A stretch of DNA of 60,207 bases, counting the filler, from Diploschistes diacapsis (Eukaryota), in the NCBI GenBank assembly GCA_023645945.1. It is 8 parts of 8 records of this genome, joined end to end, with 100 filler letters (N's around TTAATTAATTAA, not from the genome) between each part and the next. Parts side by side here need not be neighbours in the genome. Positions count along the whole stretch, not along the records: positions 22,699 to 30,157 come from JALAIB010001286.1; positions 30,258 to 37,690 come from JALAIB010001287.1; 6 more parts are not named here. One strand, written 5' to 3'. Within the stretch, counting starts at the first letter, position 1. Each line of letters begins with the position of its first letter. Shown here piece by piece: positions 23,575 to 37,790 of the stretch. Below the pieces are notes generated by a model. It had not been told where the DNA came from, searched no databases, and saw only the letters and a list, made by a program, of their open reading frames with translations. The position numbers and the translations under genes are program-made.

Positions 23575-24706
23575 AAAAAAAATCTTCTCGAAAAGCGCTA
23601 GCCCCCGAAACAGCCTAGCGCCCGCCCTTCTCCACCCCCCACATATAAAAAACCTTTCAACCCCCTCCAAACCTCTCTTTCCCGACCCTCCATCCTTCCA
23701 ATTCAAACCCAAATGATGAAAACCTCCCCCGTGTGCAGTTTATGAAACAACCATCTGCCTCTCGCCCACGTCCCGTGCTCTCCTTCTCCACGAAGGCTCA
23801 AGCGGCCGCGGACGAGGTGAAGAGGGCGGAGTGTGAAATCGGGCGTCCGCACACACACACACTTCTTGTTACGTTTTAGGACGTCTATGGGAAAGGGTCT
23901 GAACAAAGTTTGAATCGGAGGTGTACCTCTCTGTTTTTTTTTTTTTTCCTATTTTGAGCTGTTCGTTCTATGAGATGAAAGGTATATAGGAGGAGGTATA
24001 CAGGGAGTCAACGGGCGTGTGCGATGTAATTGCGTGCGTGCGTCCCGTGTTTTTTTTTTTTTGCAGGGTGCTGCGCAATGGCATGGTCGTCGCTCTCTAT
24101 ATGCTGTGCCCGATTCCTCAAGCCCCAAGGCCAATCCATAGCCCCAAGCACAAATCCAAATCCAAACCCCCTGGCGTGATGTTATTCGTCCGTCATGGAT
24201 GGATGGGATGGGGGATTTCCCCCCCTCCTTTTGCTTGTTGAATCGTTTCCAGCCCTGTGTGATGTATCTTGCGTGGGTATCAATCCTGTTCTCCGAGTGA
24301 CATAATAATAATAATAAAAAAAACAAGAGGGAGTTTTCTCGACCTCCTAGAGAAAAAATGCGGTAACGTATTATCCTTTCAACGTTAACCGTAGTCACTG
24401 CCGTGACCGCCGCATAATTAGGGTATCTCGTAGATGTGTAGTCTCCGCCAGCCATCACAAAGCCCTGCTCCCAAACGCCACGCTTGCTTGCATAACCACT
24501 CGAAAGTAAAAAAAGTCGACTCCGCCCAAAACAACGCACGACCAGGGGGGTATATCGGAAGGGGAAGGAGCACAGGCGAAGAAAAACAAGCGAAAGCACC
24601 AATGCGGCACTTGAGAAGGGAGAAGAAAACCAGACCAGGAAACGCAGGGGTGTCCGACTCCCCGACCCACCAAACCAGCCCCCGACCGTCAAGGCCGCAA
24701 GCCGGG

Positions 24707-26896
24707 CTAGATGAGCAGAAAGTCCCAGCCCCTCGTGCGCATCACGTCCCGCCAGTGGACGCTCTGGACTCCTCCTCCTCCTCCCACGCTTGCTTCCACT
24801 TCCTGCTGCCCCTCTCCTCCCTCCACGCCCACGCCCGTGGCCATGCAATCGTTGATTCCCCACACCTCGTGCAGCAGCCTCAGCATCCTCCCGAAGCTGC
24901 CAAACTCTCCCGCTTCTCCCAGCGCCACCACGCGCTCGCCGAACTTCGCCCTGAACAGGCTGCCCGGGATGCTCTGCGCGCCGGCGACGAGCAGCGGCCA
25001 CACGATGCTCCTGTCGAAGCCCTCCGGGCCGGCGGGGACCAGGTCCAACAGGTCCGTGAACTGGGCGAGGAGGTTCTGCATCGGCGCGTCGTACCTCGAG
25101 CTCCCGGGAACCAGGCCCAGGAGGTAGATCCTCGCGGACTTGCGGAAGATGGCGGTCATGTTGCGCGTCAATTGTCTGGGCTTGATGGCGCCCGAGGACG
25201 TCAGCGCCGACTTGAACGGTGCCTCGCACTGGGACGCGGAGTCCTGGATGTCCATCTGCTGGCCGAGAAGGGTGATGTGCCCGCACAGCGCGGTGTCGTC
25301 GAGCAAGCCGTCCCGCTTCAGCGCTTCGAGGCATGCGATCTCGGAAACGAGGTACATCATCCTGTCTTCGCAGCCCATCAGCTCTGCCAGGCCGCAGGAA
25401 GAGGCGGAGAGGTGCTTCTCGCGGTACGTGTCCGCGAATTTCGGCGCGGTGCCCAGCATCGTTGCGCCCAGTATGTCGATCCACGCGGTGAGGGTCATGT
25501 TGAACGGCGGATGCACGAGCGGCGGGTTGGCAGCCATTATTGCCGACGGGAGATCGAGTTTGCGGACCAGCGAGCTGGCGGCCTGGAAGTGCTGGTGCCA
25601 CGGGATGTCCGGCAAGCAGTCGTCCGGGCGGCCGACGGAGCAGTGGAAGAATATCATTCCAAGGGTGGCCTCGAGGATGGAGGTATGATTTTCGTCCAGC
25701 GCAAGGGCCTCGCAGAGGGCGGAAACGGTGGCATATCGGTGGCGGACGACGTCCGAGTCGAGCTGTTCCGATACCGGGGCGGAGGGGTCCCGAGCGGTGG
25801 ATTTAAGGTGGATGGCCGCGATGGAGAGGCAGCAGTGGAGGTAGGTCTTGTTGGTTTCGAGGGCGGGGAGAATCACCTCGCTGCGGGCGGAGCCGTGCTG
25901 GTTTACTTCGAGGATAGGGAAGATCAGTCTCAAGACGTTGTCGACGAAATGCTCCAGGAGGTGCCGGTCGCATTCGTCGACTTGGACGACGGCTTGCGAC
26001 GAGGGGCCTGTGGCTGGGGCGTGCTGGAAGTCGAAGAAGTTGAAGTCGACGGCTTCGCCCCCTTCGCCCTCTCCGCCGGAGAAGATGTCGTTGTGGGGTC
26101 CGTACACGTTTTCGTGCAGCCAGTCGTCTTCCACTACGGGGGCAAGGTTGCCGTGTGGGGGCGGATGGTAGGTGCTGAAAGAGGAGATGGTCGAGTCCCG
26201 GCGGGTGGGGATGTCGTTGACGTACATCTGTCGCTCTGTTTTGACATCGACTTCGTAGGGCGTCGGCGGGTATGTCGAGTAGCCGTAGCCGTAGCCGTAG
26301 GATGGATCTTGTGGGTAGTTGCCGAAGCGAGGAGTGGCCATGTGAGGGTTGTAGAGGTCATAGGACCCATGTATGTGCGGATTCGCAAAGTCCAGAGAGT
26401 ATTGCGAGTCCTCCGAAGCAGCGCGAGTGCGACCGGCGGCGTCTTCCGAGTACGTAGCGGAGGTGGGCAACGAGTGGGTCAGGCCGGGAGGAGAATCGGC
26501 GCCCGACTCCTTGCTCTTCTCCGAGAGCTTGGTTCGCTTGATTAGGTTCTTGATCAGCTCCTTCTGGTTCTTCCGCTGTTCGTTGTTGCTCCACCATAAC
26601 GGCCTCTTGTACTCGCACTTGAGTCCCAGATGCCGGCAAGCCTTGCACATGGGTTTCCCCTCGTCGCACTTCTTTCGCCGTAACCGGCAGGTAAAGCAGC
26701 CTGAAAGCTACATTAGCCATCTCGTTCGTCACACCTTGGCTCCGATCCCCTTACCTGATCTTGACCGCCTGTGCATTTTGCTTGCTGATTGTGCTTGCGC
26801 GCTCACGTTCGCCTTCTGTGAGCTTGTTTTTGAAGCGAGCGAAGCCACGTCTGCCGGTGTCGGCTTGCTAGCCGGTGCGGTAACTTTGGTAGACAT
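24707..26896 (-). CDS. pro1: Zn(II)2Cys6 developmental transcription factor, Pro1/ADV-1/NosA family
   Basis: ATG 26896; intron 26754-26701; MHRRSRSG|CFTCRLRRKKCDEGKPMCKACRHLGLKCEYKRPLWW; PYEVDVKTERQMYVNDIPTRRDS; C-terminal fungal TF domain ending VHWRDVMRTRGWDFLLI. Confidence 0.92.
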
Positions 26897-29800
26897 TATG
26901 TGGGGCGTGAGGCTTCTCGGGGTAATGATGTTCGTCCAAGGGGATGCAAAATCGATCGAAAGTTCAATCGCACAGATCAATTACCGCTGTAATGACGGAC
27001 CAAACACATGGGACAATAGCGAAGTAATCTTTTAAGCTGTTGGCCGGCAACACAGCAGTAGCACGCGCAGGAAGAGAGACGGAGAGCGGTTATTAAGAGA
27101 CAGTATATCAAAGCCCGACCAGCTGGCTTCAACTAGGCTTAGGGGAGGCGGCGACAAGGAGGTAGGAAATTAAATGTACACGAGTGCTGCTGCCGTAAAG
27201 AGCCTTGAACATCGTAAGTACACGGGCGTATTGAGGTTATATGTACTGACCCCCCAATAATCCATCTCTCAAAAGCTCTGGTGGGCCCATCTTGGGCCAT
27301 GTTGCTAAAAATGAGAACGAGCTAGTAGCGGGAACCCCACAGCACAAGGCCGGAAAAAGACGATGAGAAAATGCAAGTCAAGAAGAGACTAGACTGAGAG
27401 GAGGGGGGGGGGAAAGGGAGGAAAAGCTGCTGCTGCTACTGCTAATGCTACGTTATTATGGAAGCGCAGGATGATGGATGGTGACATCGTGGTGTGATTG
27501 GGGGTCTATGAATGGACAATTGGCTGTTCGTTGCGTGCAGGGGCTCATCGTTCGAGTGGTGACATGCTGCTTATCCAGTAGCCGCCTTCGACGACAATCG
27601 TAAGCAAGGAGAGAGGGGAGAGGAGAGAGGAGAGAGGAGCTCAACTTAGTGTCTTCCTTCCACTATTGACATTGACTTTTCCTGCATCTCAACCCTAAAA
27701 GCGACCAGCAATAATCGTTCCTGCCGGGGCTCGAGTCCAATAGTAGTTCGTCCCAAAGCGTGATCACTGCGTGGGTTGTCGCATCTCACCACTAACTGGC
27801 TGCTTATGACGAATTGAACATCCAATTTCGCAGGGCCAATTTCAGCGGACACAGAAGCCAAAGTCCCAACGGTATTTGGGGCAGCCACTCCCCCCCCAAC
27901 GCGACATCTCCGGTCGGTGTGTTTACTACTGACTACTGCCCACGTAGGGATCGCTTGAAGCTAATGGCAAAATGCGATCAACTGGCTACACGTCGCAAGA
28001 GCGCAATTGGCACCTTGACAATAGTGCTGGCACCCGATGGAAGGCGAAAGGGATCGCAGAAACTCCCCGCTTGTACTCGGTGTAGATGACTCGGCTTGCC
28101 TGCGGAAAGTGACGGCTGGGTGCGTTGGCAGGACTCTGATAAGAGGGCGTAATTCTGGGCTTGCAATATCCTTGGCTGCACGAAACCAAGTCCTCCGGCC
28201 AGATGGTCCATGCAAAATTCCCGTCGAAGCTCGACCAGGACGGCGGCACAAAGTCCATTCCTTTTGGCGAAATCCCAGTAACTCCCAAATTAAACTCCCT
28301 ATGCCGTAAATATGTCGAATAGATGAGGACAATAATAAATTGTGGTGGATGGGCACTGGCACTGGAATCACTGGATGCCGTGAGACGGGGTCGTTGATGA
28401 GGCTTGCACTAGTGGCGGACATTCTAGCCAATCATGCCCGGTCATAGCTTCTTTGCTCACTCGAGCTAATCAAGTAGTTGAAAGTTAGCAACTTAGCTCT
28501 CTCTGCTCCCCATTGTCAAGGTACGTGCATTTGACAGGGTCCATTGTGCAATTCCATTCGACAAAGCTCGCGGTGAAGACGCCGCGCTAATACTTTCTAG
28601 CGCCCGCCTTGTTCGGGAAACGGCACGAAAACTTCACGAAAACTTCCCAGATGCTGTGCTTCCTGACTCCTGTCTGACTCGCTCTCCCCCAAGGGCTTGA
28701 TGGCTAATTATGCTCGAAATAGACTCTTTTGGCGCCCAAGCACCACCCCTCATGTATGACGATCGCTATAATTAGGTGTGTTAATTAATCTCTTCTCTCG
28801 TGCTTGCCTCTGCAGGTTGGATTACAGTGAAGAGACATAATTAGCATGTCTGATAAGTCACTTCACTATACCTTTTCGGGCTATTATTATCCTTATTATT
28901 ATCGTCTTATCCGATTGCGCAAATTTGCGACTGTTTGGGTTTTTCCCTGCGAAGCGCACCATATAGACGGACAATCCGAGGTTTAGCCCCCTCTGCCCGT
29001 CATTGAAGCGGTCACCCGTTCGCCGAGATTCCCTGGTTTCCCCGTTTCCGCTGGTGAATCGTTCCCCCTCGTGACTGAGGTGACTGGACGTTTGCTGCTC
29101 CTTCCAAATCACAGAGACCAGTCACGAGAACTTTCAACGGGAGGAGCCATCATAAGACAGGACGAGATCCTGCTGGCTCTACGACGTACAGAGTGAGTGG
29201 GATTCGCCCTGTCTCGTGCCCGCTCCACTGCTCGGCCATTATGGCCTTGATCAGTTGAAGGCGGTGAGCAATCAAAGGTCTTTGCGGCAATCCAAAAGCT
29301 CGGTGGAACGACATAATCGGCAACTCCAAGCCCGGATCGGAAGAAGTTTCTGTCGCCGATGCCGGAGCATATCTCTGCCTCAATAATCTATCGCAATGTC
29401 CGCTTTGGTGTATGAGATCAGGTCTCTCAGTGCTGCCGTGCGACGATGCAAGATGCAGCCAGCTTTTTTGTCAGGACGTTTAAATCGCCTCGTGTGGAAT
29501 GCGGGAAATGACTCCCCCGGACTCATCAGTTGGAGGATCCTGGCTGATGATCCAGCATCCAAGACTGCTTCGATTGGTTTCCGAGCAAAGGGAGTATTTC
29601 CGAATTTGTGGAACCTTGAACGTGAATCTGTGCCTGTCCGTTGCATGTCAAGAATGCCCTGTGTGTGTGGTTGCACGACATTTCTGATCTCCTGGCAGCT
29701 TCAGGCATAGCTTGCCATCTGCCTGAGCAATGCGCTCAATCATTTCACTTGTTATAAACTCGGAAAGAACGACATTATTTTAATTTCTCCTATCACATAT

Positions 29801-30574
29801 CAACATGCTTTGCTGTCTTACATATTCCAGCACAGGCGGCTCCCTCAACTCAGAGCCTGTCGGAAAACCCCCGAGCCCCCAGATACTGGATATGAAAAGC
29901 CAATGTTAATTGCATCGCCACACGAGATTCCTAGCGCCATCGTGGTGGCACGTTGCAAATCGGACGCTGGGGCGAGACATACATACGAAGATCCCTCGCT
30001 CGATACAACAACAACAACAATGTGTTGCATCCCAACCCCGCTCAAGTAGAAGTTAACCACCTACATAAAACGGTGGCAGTAGTAGTAGGCGGGCAAAGCC
30101 TCGTACAATAAAAAACATACATACGCAAGACAACTCCTAAACCCCCCCCCCACAAAGNNNNNNNNNNNNNNNNNNNNNNNNNNNNNNNNNNNNNNNNNNN
30201 NTTAATTAATTAANNNNNNNNNNNNNNNNNNNNNNNNNNNNNNNNNNNNNNNNNNNNTAAACAAATGTGGCTGGAGGGAACGCTAGTTCCATAGATACTT
30301 GTGGCTGCATATAAATTAGTACGACTGAGAAAGTATCTTGAGAACCATGGTACTTATCATGTAATTTATGTGTACAGTAGGCAGAATAAGACTTGCCCGG
30401 AGCAGCAAGTAAGGAGGCGTTTTGGCAACGCGATATGAACAGCATTTTACTTTGGGTGAGAGAAAGCGCAATATTTATCAAAACTGCTGCCTGGAATACC
30501 GATTCTAGCGCCCTTGGCATTACCTTGGACATGGCATACTGCATCCACACTCTAGGGAGTCACGGTCGAACATA

Positions 30575-32181
30575 ATGCTAAAGCGAAAGACAAAAGAGTG
30601 GAACGATGTTGAAACAGTCGGTGGTAAGGGTTCCATCCGCATAAAAGCTTTGACTAATACTGTGCAGTAGAGGAGTATCATCACCCATCGTCACCGTTGA
30701 CAAGTAGCTCCCACGAACAACTGTCTGGAAAGAAGAACGGAAGGGCTGTACCTCAAGAGCAAGAGCCCTGCTTAGAGGGAACCAACAGCCGCTGTCGAAA
30801 GAGGCGCAAGGTCTCCCAGCAAACACTGAAAGTATCAGGCACAGGCATATACGACCCTGTTGGCTACTGGGCTAGCACTTCTTTCTGGCCCAAAGATTTT
30901 TGGCAACGAGGTTTCCAAATGTCCCAAGAACCTTCGAATAAAAGAAAGAGCGAGTCCACACACCGCTCCCAAATACTGGAGCGGTTAGCAGCATATGGAG
31001 TCTTTATGGAAACTTCCAGATTGATTCAGAAGGATAGTCAGAACCTCTGCGCAGAATATTTGAAGGGCGACCGAAAAACCGTCAAAACCTCTGTCTATAC
31101 GACCGAACAATTCTCCAAAGTTCTCATGCGCGTATACAACTTGAACGAGGCTCGAATCCAGAAAGACGTGATGCCTTGGGTGGTGCCATCTGCCGAGACT
31201 TTGATGTACTGTGGCGACTTGAACCTCGACTATATTGGTGAAGAGTACAACGCGATATGGATCAAATGTGCTACGATGGGGAGCAAGGCACCCAAGCCTG
31301 ATTATACGGCTGGTCTTTTATCCACCGCCTTCACCGAAGAAGAAGTAGGAAAACTTGAAAACTATGCCCAACCTACTCGACCGTTCCGGTTTACTCCGGA
31401 GATATGCTTTCCGTTCCTGATGTGCGAGGCCAAGACGGGTGAGAGAGGAATGAACGAAGCAGAGCGACAAAATATTCATAGTGGCAGTATCGCTGTCAGA
31501 GCCATCTTTGAACTTTACCAGGAAGCTTATGCTCGCAAAGCTCCTAATCGTCTACAAGAGCTTAACGGCAAAGTGCTGGTATTCACTATATCGCATGATA
31601 ACCATCGAGTTTCTGTTTACGGCCATTACGCTGTCGCTGAACCAGAACATCCGGGCGGATTAAGATTCTATCGTTATGGGATTGCTCTATTCAGCTTATC
31701 TATTGGGAATGGCGCGGACAGATGCAAGGCTTACAATTTCGTTATGAATGTCTACGAAAATTTTGCTCCAGATCATCTAAAAAGGATCAAAGACGCTGTG
31801 GCACATTTACCATCCATTCCTGAACGAACCGGGCTTTCCTTCGCGGCGTCGGATATGACGCTCGACGTCGATGCCGATGCCGATGACGATGACACGAGTT
31901 CAGACGAGGCTTCTCAAGAAGCTCCATCGCGAGATGAAGGGGTTTTTAAAAAGCCCGCCCTACCTCCTAGCGTCTTGCAGCAGAGAGAGATGGCTAAACT
32001 CAGAAAGCAAGTGGGTAAGCTTTCAAAGCAGCTGGAGCAGCAGAGGAAGGATAGCATGCAACAACTGCAGCAGCATAGGGAGGATAGCATGAAGCAGCTG
32101 GAGCAGCAGAGGCAGGATAGCATGCAACAACTGCAGCAGCAGAAGGAAATCATCTCGCTACTCAGGTCGAAGATGGCATAG
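30575..32181 (+). CDS. PD-(D/E)XK restriction-endonuclease-fold protein (fungal family resembling DUF7924) with Q-rich coiled-coil tail
   Basis: ATG 30575; intron from 30624 to 30667 or 30670; motifs NEARI, VVPSAE, KPDYTAGL, FPFLMCEAK, RQNIHSGSIA, FTISHD..VYGHY. Confidence 0.75.
32026..32142 (+). repeat. Coding tandem repeat, 33-nt sub-unit / 66-nt unit
   Basis: aagcagctggagcagcagaggMaggatagcatgcaacaactgcagcagca at 32026 and 32092; encodes KQLEQQRKDSM-QQLQQHREDSM-KQLEQQRQDSM-QQLQQQ. Confidence 0.9.
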
Positions 32182-32760
32182 CAATCATACTAAGTTACAC
32201 AGTGCTGTAGTGGCCACGATATTTGCATAGTAGATAATCTTGTACCACTTCATGCCCACACAAGAGCTCCAGGGACGTTTCATAACTTGAAAAGTGAAAG
32301 GCCTCGGGAGCTCGGGAGAGCTTCAGTCTCTCAGATTGATATCGCCTATTATGTAATAGGCTTAGCGACCCGCCTTGCTACTTTGGTGTAAGCTAAAAGT
32401 ATCTATGTTCTAATAACATCTTGCCCAACTTCACCCCGCTGCTCATCAGCCCTACCAACTGGCTGACGCAGGTTGGTCCCTGAAAGTTTGAACAACACTC
32501 CGTTCATAAATCCGCGCGATCCAGAAACCTATCCATCGATTAAACAAGACCACTTTAGGCATACTAGACTCAAAGCCGCGGTTAGACGACTGGCATCAAT
32601 TGTTAAGACTGATACCTTGGAGCGGGGCTCTGGTACAGTAGTTGTCATCGCATAAACTCAGACTACACTCACCTCACCGAGCAACAAGTTCAAAGGCTGC
32701 TGGGCGGCTTAAGACTCATTCACTCGCCTTCTGAGCTCACAAAATTGAATCACCTTCAAG

Positions 32761-34657
32761 ATGTCATACTACGACGATGAACAACCGCGTCAACACCGGT
32801 CACACAGGCACAGCCGGCCGGTATACGAAGAGGAAATAATCGAGGCCCGTCAAACTAAACCAAAACGCGACACCGAGCACATGGAACTTGTTCGACGCCG
32901 TGACAGCGACGAATCCGTCGAAGAAGTACGCAGAGATTTCCCACCTGGAGACGGCATGTACGTTAAACGCAGGACCACCACTCGCGACAGATACGCTCGG
33001 CGCGCACGATCCGCAGATCGTCGAAGCTACTACGATGAAGAATACGATGAAGATCGTCAGGCAGGCCCGGCTGTCGTTCGCCACAGTCGTAGACGCTACA
33101 GTGAGTACATGCTTCGTACCAACAATCAAGCATGACTAATTCTAATTCCGTGAAGGTAAACGTCGCTATGACTCGGACAGCGAAGAAGAATCGCAAAGTC
33201 CGCCTCCTCGTCGACGTCAAGAGCGTCGTAAATCCATGAGCGAACAGGCCCTTGCAGCGGTCGGGCTTGGTGGCGCGGTCGCTTCCTTAAACAAGCTTCG
33301 GGGAAAGCATGATGATCGCAGCCCGAGCCGGAGCCCTAGCCGCGACGGTCGTCGAGCTAGTGGCCGCAGCGGTGGTCGTGCTCGAAGCCATAGCAGACGT
33401 GGCCGCCGCGATGATGACTATTCTCCCTCTCCATCCCGGAGTCCTGCGCGAAACAAGTCTCAAGATCGCAACAAGAAACTCCAGCAAGCTGCAAAGGCGG
33501 CCGCCACCGCCGGCGTCATCGAAGCATGGAGAGCCCGCAAAGAGCCTGGTGGATTTAAAGGTCAAGGAAAGCGTATTCTCACTGCAGCCATCGGTGCCGC
33601 CGGTATCGATGGTGCCATCAGCGGCAACAACCCCGAACATCACAGCACTCGTCACACTCTTGAAGCAGCTCTTGGTGGTTTGGCCGGTAACCGTTTGATC
33701 AACGGTCCACGCGAAAATTCACGTTCGCGCTCACGGGCCCGTGGACGCGATGATGGCAAGTCCGGAACCGACATTGGAGGCGTTGCATCGGCAGCCGGTC
33801 TAGCTGCTCTCGCAGGCAAAGCCTTCAACGATTACCGTAGTCGCTCCCGAGGTCGTCAAGCCAACAGCGATGACGGCCAGTCCCCGTCGCGTCGCAGTCG
33901 CAGCCGCAGCGTTACAGACTACATTACCCGTGGCGTCGATGGAGCAATGGCCAAGTTGGGGCTCGGCAACCCCAAGGCGCACGATCCCAAGCATGCCAGC
34001 GAACGGGGCCATCGACGCTACAGCAGCGACGATGATGACAATTACCGAGTGCGTCCTCGCGGCGGAGGAGCAGACGATCAACAACTACAGAAGAGGGGCC
34101 AGCAGCAGCAGCATCACGAGAAGGGTAGCAGTTCCTCCGACGACACAGACTCCTACTCTTCCGAAAACGAAATGAAAAAGCGAAAAAAGCTTCGCAGGAA
34201 GGGTCTGCTCACTGCCGGGCTCGCCTCTGTCGCCACCATTCACGCCGTTGCCAACGTTCACAGCTCGATGGAGAAGGGCAAAGAGCGCCACAAGAAGGTT
34301 GTGGAAGGCAAGATGAGTGTGGAGCAGGCACGTAAGCTGAAGTCAAAGGCTCTTCTCCAGGATGTGGCAGCCATCGGCATTGCGGCCATCGGTATCAAGA
34401 GTGCGGTCAGCGAGTGGAAGGAGCTGAAGGAGATGCGTGAAGAATATTCGCACGCATGCTCGAGACTCGAAGAGAAGCGCGAGCACCGCAGACAAAAGCT
34501 ACTGCGCCAAAAGTCGAACTCGCAATCGGACTCTGACATCCACAACCGTTACCAGAACGAGGAAATCTATTACTACCGCGACGACAACCCTTACTCGGCC
34601 GGCTTTGCGTCTCCACCACCCATGGGCGGGACCTACGGTAGAAGGGATTATCGCTAG
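32761..34657 (+). CDS. RS-rich, glycine-zipper-containing protein (DUF3824-like)
   Basis: Exon 1 from 32761 to approx. 33102, intron to approx. 33156; SVEEVRRDFPPG, AAIGAAGIDG, LGGLAGNRLING, LLTAGLASVATIHA, LQDVAAIGIAAIGIKSAVSEWKE. Confidence 0.75.
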
Positions 34658-35330
34658 TCTGTATTAGGCCGGCTAAGCGCAAGTGATGTTGGAGAAGAAG
34701 TGACGACGAAACGATTGACGAGACGAGATGTTAGGAAATGATTGGAAGGAGGGCTGATTCTAGCTGACGACACTTTACTAGAAATGCTTTGTTGGTTCGT
34801 TGGCTACCTCTTAACGAAACAGGCTTGGAAAGATGGGTCGGATATCTGGGTGACAACCTGTGGCGGGTTTATCTTGCACTCACTCGCTCGGCGGCTTGGA
34901 TCATCTGTCTACACGTACCACTGCAGGCACACGCCTCTTCGAGAAAGGAAACTTTCATTCTTTACTGTCCAGACTGCTTCTTCTGAAGCCTCGACCTCTA
35001 TGATCCCTTCTTTAGAGTATAGATTATGTGTCATGACTTTGTTAGTTGCTCGATTTTTAATGGAATGTATATCTTATTAATTTGATATTGATAACTGGTA
35101 AGACCTCGAAATAAAAGCAGAAAGCACTATATACTCGGATGTCTCGTTAAGCCCAAGCACGTTTCTTAAGAGGCGCAGCTATGCTCCGGAGAACATCTAG
35201 TCAGCAACAAAAACCTTCCCCCCGAAGCCACTTTTAAATCGTGTTGCAAATGTTAGAATTTGAGATTCGAGATGTTATCATATTTTTCCCTAGCATGCTA
35301 GCTTTGTAATATCCCGTTTCTTGATGCGCC

Positions 35331-37690
35331 ATGACAGGCTTCAATCCCCAATTCTCCTTCGGCCTGCGGCGCGCCTCACAGGACGTAACCGGCGCATTGC
35401 CACAAGAACGAGAGCCCCTGTTGTCGCACGAAGGAGCTGTAGAGACGAACGCCCAAGAGCATGAGAATCCTTACGCGTTCCTGGATCCAGAATGGCAGGC
35501 AAAGCTGCCGGTATTTCGCACGATTCATCGGTGAGGCGCCTTTGGGACGTGGAGAGGGTTGGATGGGGGATGTGGTGGGCGACCGCATGGGCTAACCTTT
35601 TTGAGTGGTATAGGATAAGGAGGGAGATCATCGCCAATATCGGTTGGTGGATGTTTTTACTTATGCTGCTCCTAACGAGTGTTTTGTGCTGGGTTCTGAC
35701 CGTGACGCTGCAGATGATCCTTACAGCTATGAGCAGCTGCGCGGACCGCGGTTGATTAAGCAAGTGGTGAGACCGCTGATAGATCGCCTCTATGATCCGA
35801 AGGACATATCCATAGGTAGATGTACCCATCTTCTCGCTATCATCTATACTGTATCTCACTACATTCCAGTATTTTGCCTCCTAGCCAACCGTGTCCGGTT
35901 CAGTCGCGAAGGCTTTCAAGCCAAGCAACAGTCAATCTCCCATTCGCGGGGCCTCCTGTGCGAACTCATCGCCATTCGGATCCTGCGGCGCTTCAGCGAA
36001 GACTACCGTGGCGTCAAGGGCCTCCTCGTCATCGCCAACGTCCTCGTTGCCGGCTTCGACACCTTCCAAAATGCCCCCACGGCCATCGCAGAAGAGCACT
36101 CCCGGGCCTTCCGTTGGGTCGACGAAGGCAAAATCGCCTCGGAGCGCAAACTCACCGCTCTGGAAGTGGCCATAATATCGGACAGCAAGAATCTGCTCAG
36201 CTGCCGGCAATGCCAGCACGTCGTAGCAGCCATCTACCAGGGCAAGATCATCTACACGCCCACCTCCTTCATCAACATCCTGCCCGACCACTACAAGTAC
36301 AAGTCCATCCGCCTGTACAATCCGCGCGAGTCGCCGCTGCTGGACCAGTACCGTCTCGTCGTGCCGCGCACGCGCTACTACCTCGAAATCTTTCACTTCA
36401 TCGTCCTCGTCGCGCTGTACGTCCTACAAATGGAGACGCGCCAGACCGGCCACTTCACGGCCACGGAGACACTCTTCTGCGTCTTCGCCTTCGGCTGGAT
36501 GCTGGACCAGTGCGCCACCGTCCTCGAGCACGGGTGGAGCGTGTACACACAGAACCTGTGGACCTACCTCGACGTCTCCTTCTCCGCCTCTTTCCTGCTC
36601 TACTTCGTTCTCCGGCTCGTCGGGCACGGGACCTCGCACCCGGCCACGACGGAGGTCGCCTTCGACATCCTGGCCATGGGCGCACCCTTCCTCGTGCCGC
36701 GCCTCGCCTTCAACGTGCTGAGCGAGAACATGCTCTTCGTGTCGCTGCGCGAGATGATGTCCAACTTCGTCGTGCTCACCCTGCTGGCCGTCTGGTCCTT
36801 CGGCGGCTTCCTGCTCGCATCGTCGTGGATGTCGCGCGGCTTGCACTCGCCGCTGACGATCGCCAAGTGGATGCTGTGGCTCTGGTTCGGGCTGGACGCG
36901 GAGGGGATCCAGATCTCGCCGGAATTCCACTGGCTGCTCGGGCCCGTGCTGATGATCTCCTTCGCTTTCCTGGGCAACACCCTCTTCCTCACCATCCTCG
37001 TCTCCATGCTCTCCAACACCTTCGCCACCATCACCGCCAACACCGAGGCCGAGATCCAGTACCGCCGCACCGTCGTCACCTTCGAGGGCGTCAAGGCCGA
37101 CGCCATCTTCTCCTTCCCCCCGCCCTTCAACCTCCTCGCCCTCTTCTGTCTCCTGCCGCTCAAGCCGCTCCTGACGCCGCGCTACTTCCACAAGACAATC
37201 GTCTACGCCGTCCGCACCCTCAACGCGCCCATCCTGCTCCTCATCTCCTTCTGGGAGCGCCGCGCCCTCTGGGCCGAGAGCGCGCCCAAGTGGTACCGCG
37301 CCCTCCAGCAGCGCCTGTACTGGGACCTCAGCAGCATGGCCGTCCACGGCGACCTCGCCACCGTCTTCGAGGCCGACCCCGACCCCGATCCCGGCCCGGA
37401 GGGCCCGCAGCAGGGCCGCAACGGCAGCCTCGTCGGGCCCCACGGCGCCTTGCCGTGGCTGAATCTGCCGGGCCTGGACGGCGCGCCCGGCGCCCCGGCG
37501 GATCCCCAGGCGCGCAAGGACTCGCTTGCGATGCTCTTCGGCGGCCTGGGAGCCGGGGCCCATGGCCATGCGCACCGGCTGGACCTGGGGCCGAGGAAGG
37601 AGAGTCTCGCCCCGTTCTCGGAGGTGGCGGAGCATCTGGGGGAGTTGCTGCAGGAGCATTTGGGCAACCTTAATAGGGGTGGGCAGGGAG
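35331..37690 (+). CDS. YVC1-like TRP non-selective cation channel; 3' end cut by contig end
   Basis: Several short 5' introns; YSYEQLR, FCLLANR, LCELIAIRILR, ALEVAIISDSK, YNPR..RLVVPR, about 6 hydrophobic helices, FAFLGNTLFLTILVSMLSNTF, VKADAIFSFPPPFNLLA. Confidence 0.85.
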
Positions 37691-37790
37691 NNNNNNNNNN
37701 NNNNNNNNNNNNNNNNNNNNNNNNNNNNNNNNNNTTAATTAATTAANNNNNNNNNNNNNNNNNNNNNNNNNNNNNNNNNNNNNNNNNNNN

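Noticed and set aside
23949..26545. Long overlapping ORFs (550 aa and 703 aa) over Pro1, and similar ones over YVC1-like, TRM140, SFH5 and MAK5
   Set aside because: Shadow frames in very GC-rich coding DNA where stops are rare; R/G/A/P-rich with no motifs.
27690..27698. CAACCCTAA as a telomerase RNA template in the long Pro1 upstream region
   Set aside because: Does not match the TAACCCTAA needed for TTAGGG repeats, and I could not identify a pseudoknot or CR4/5-like element.
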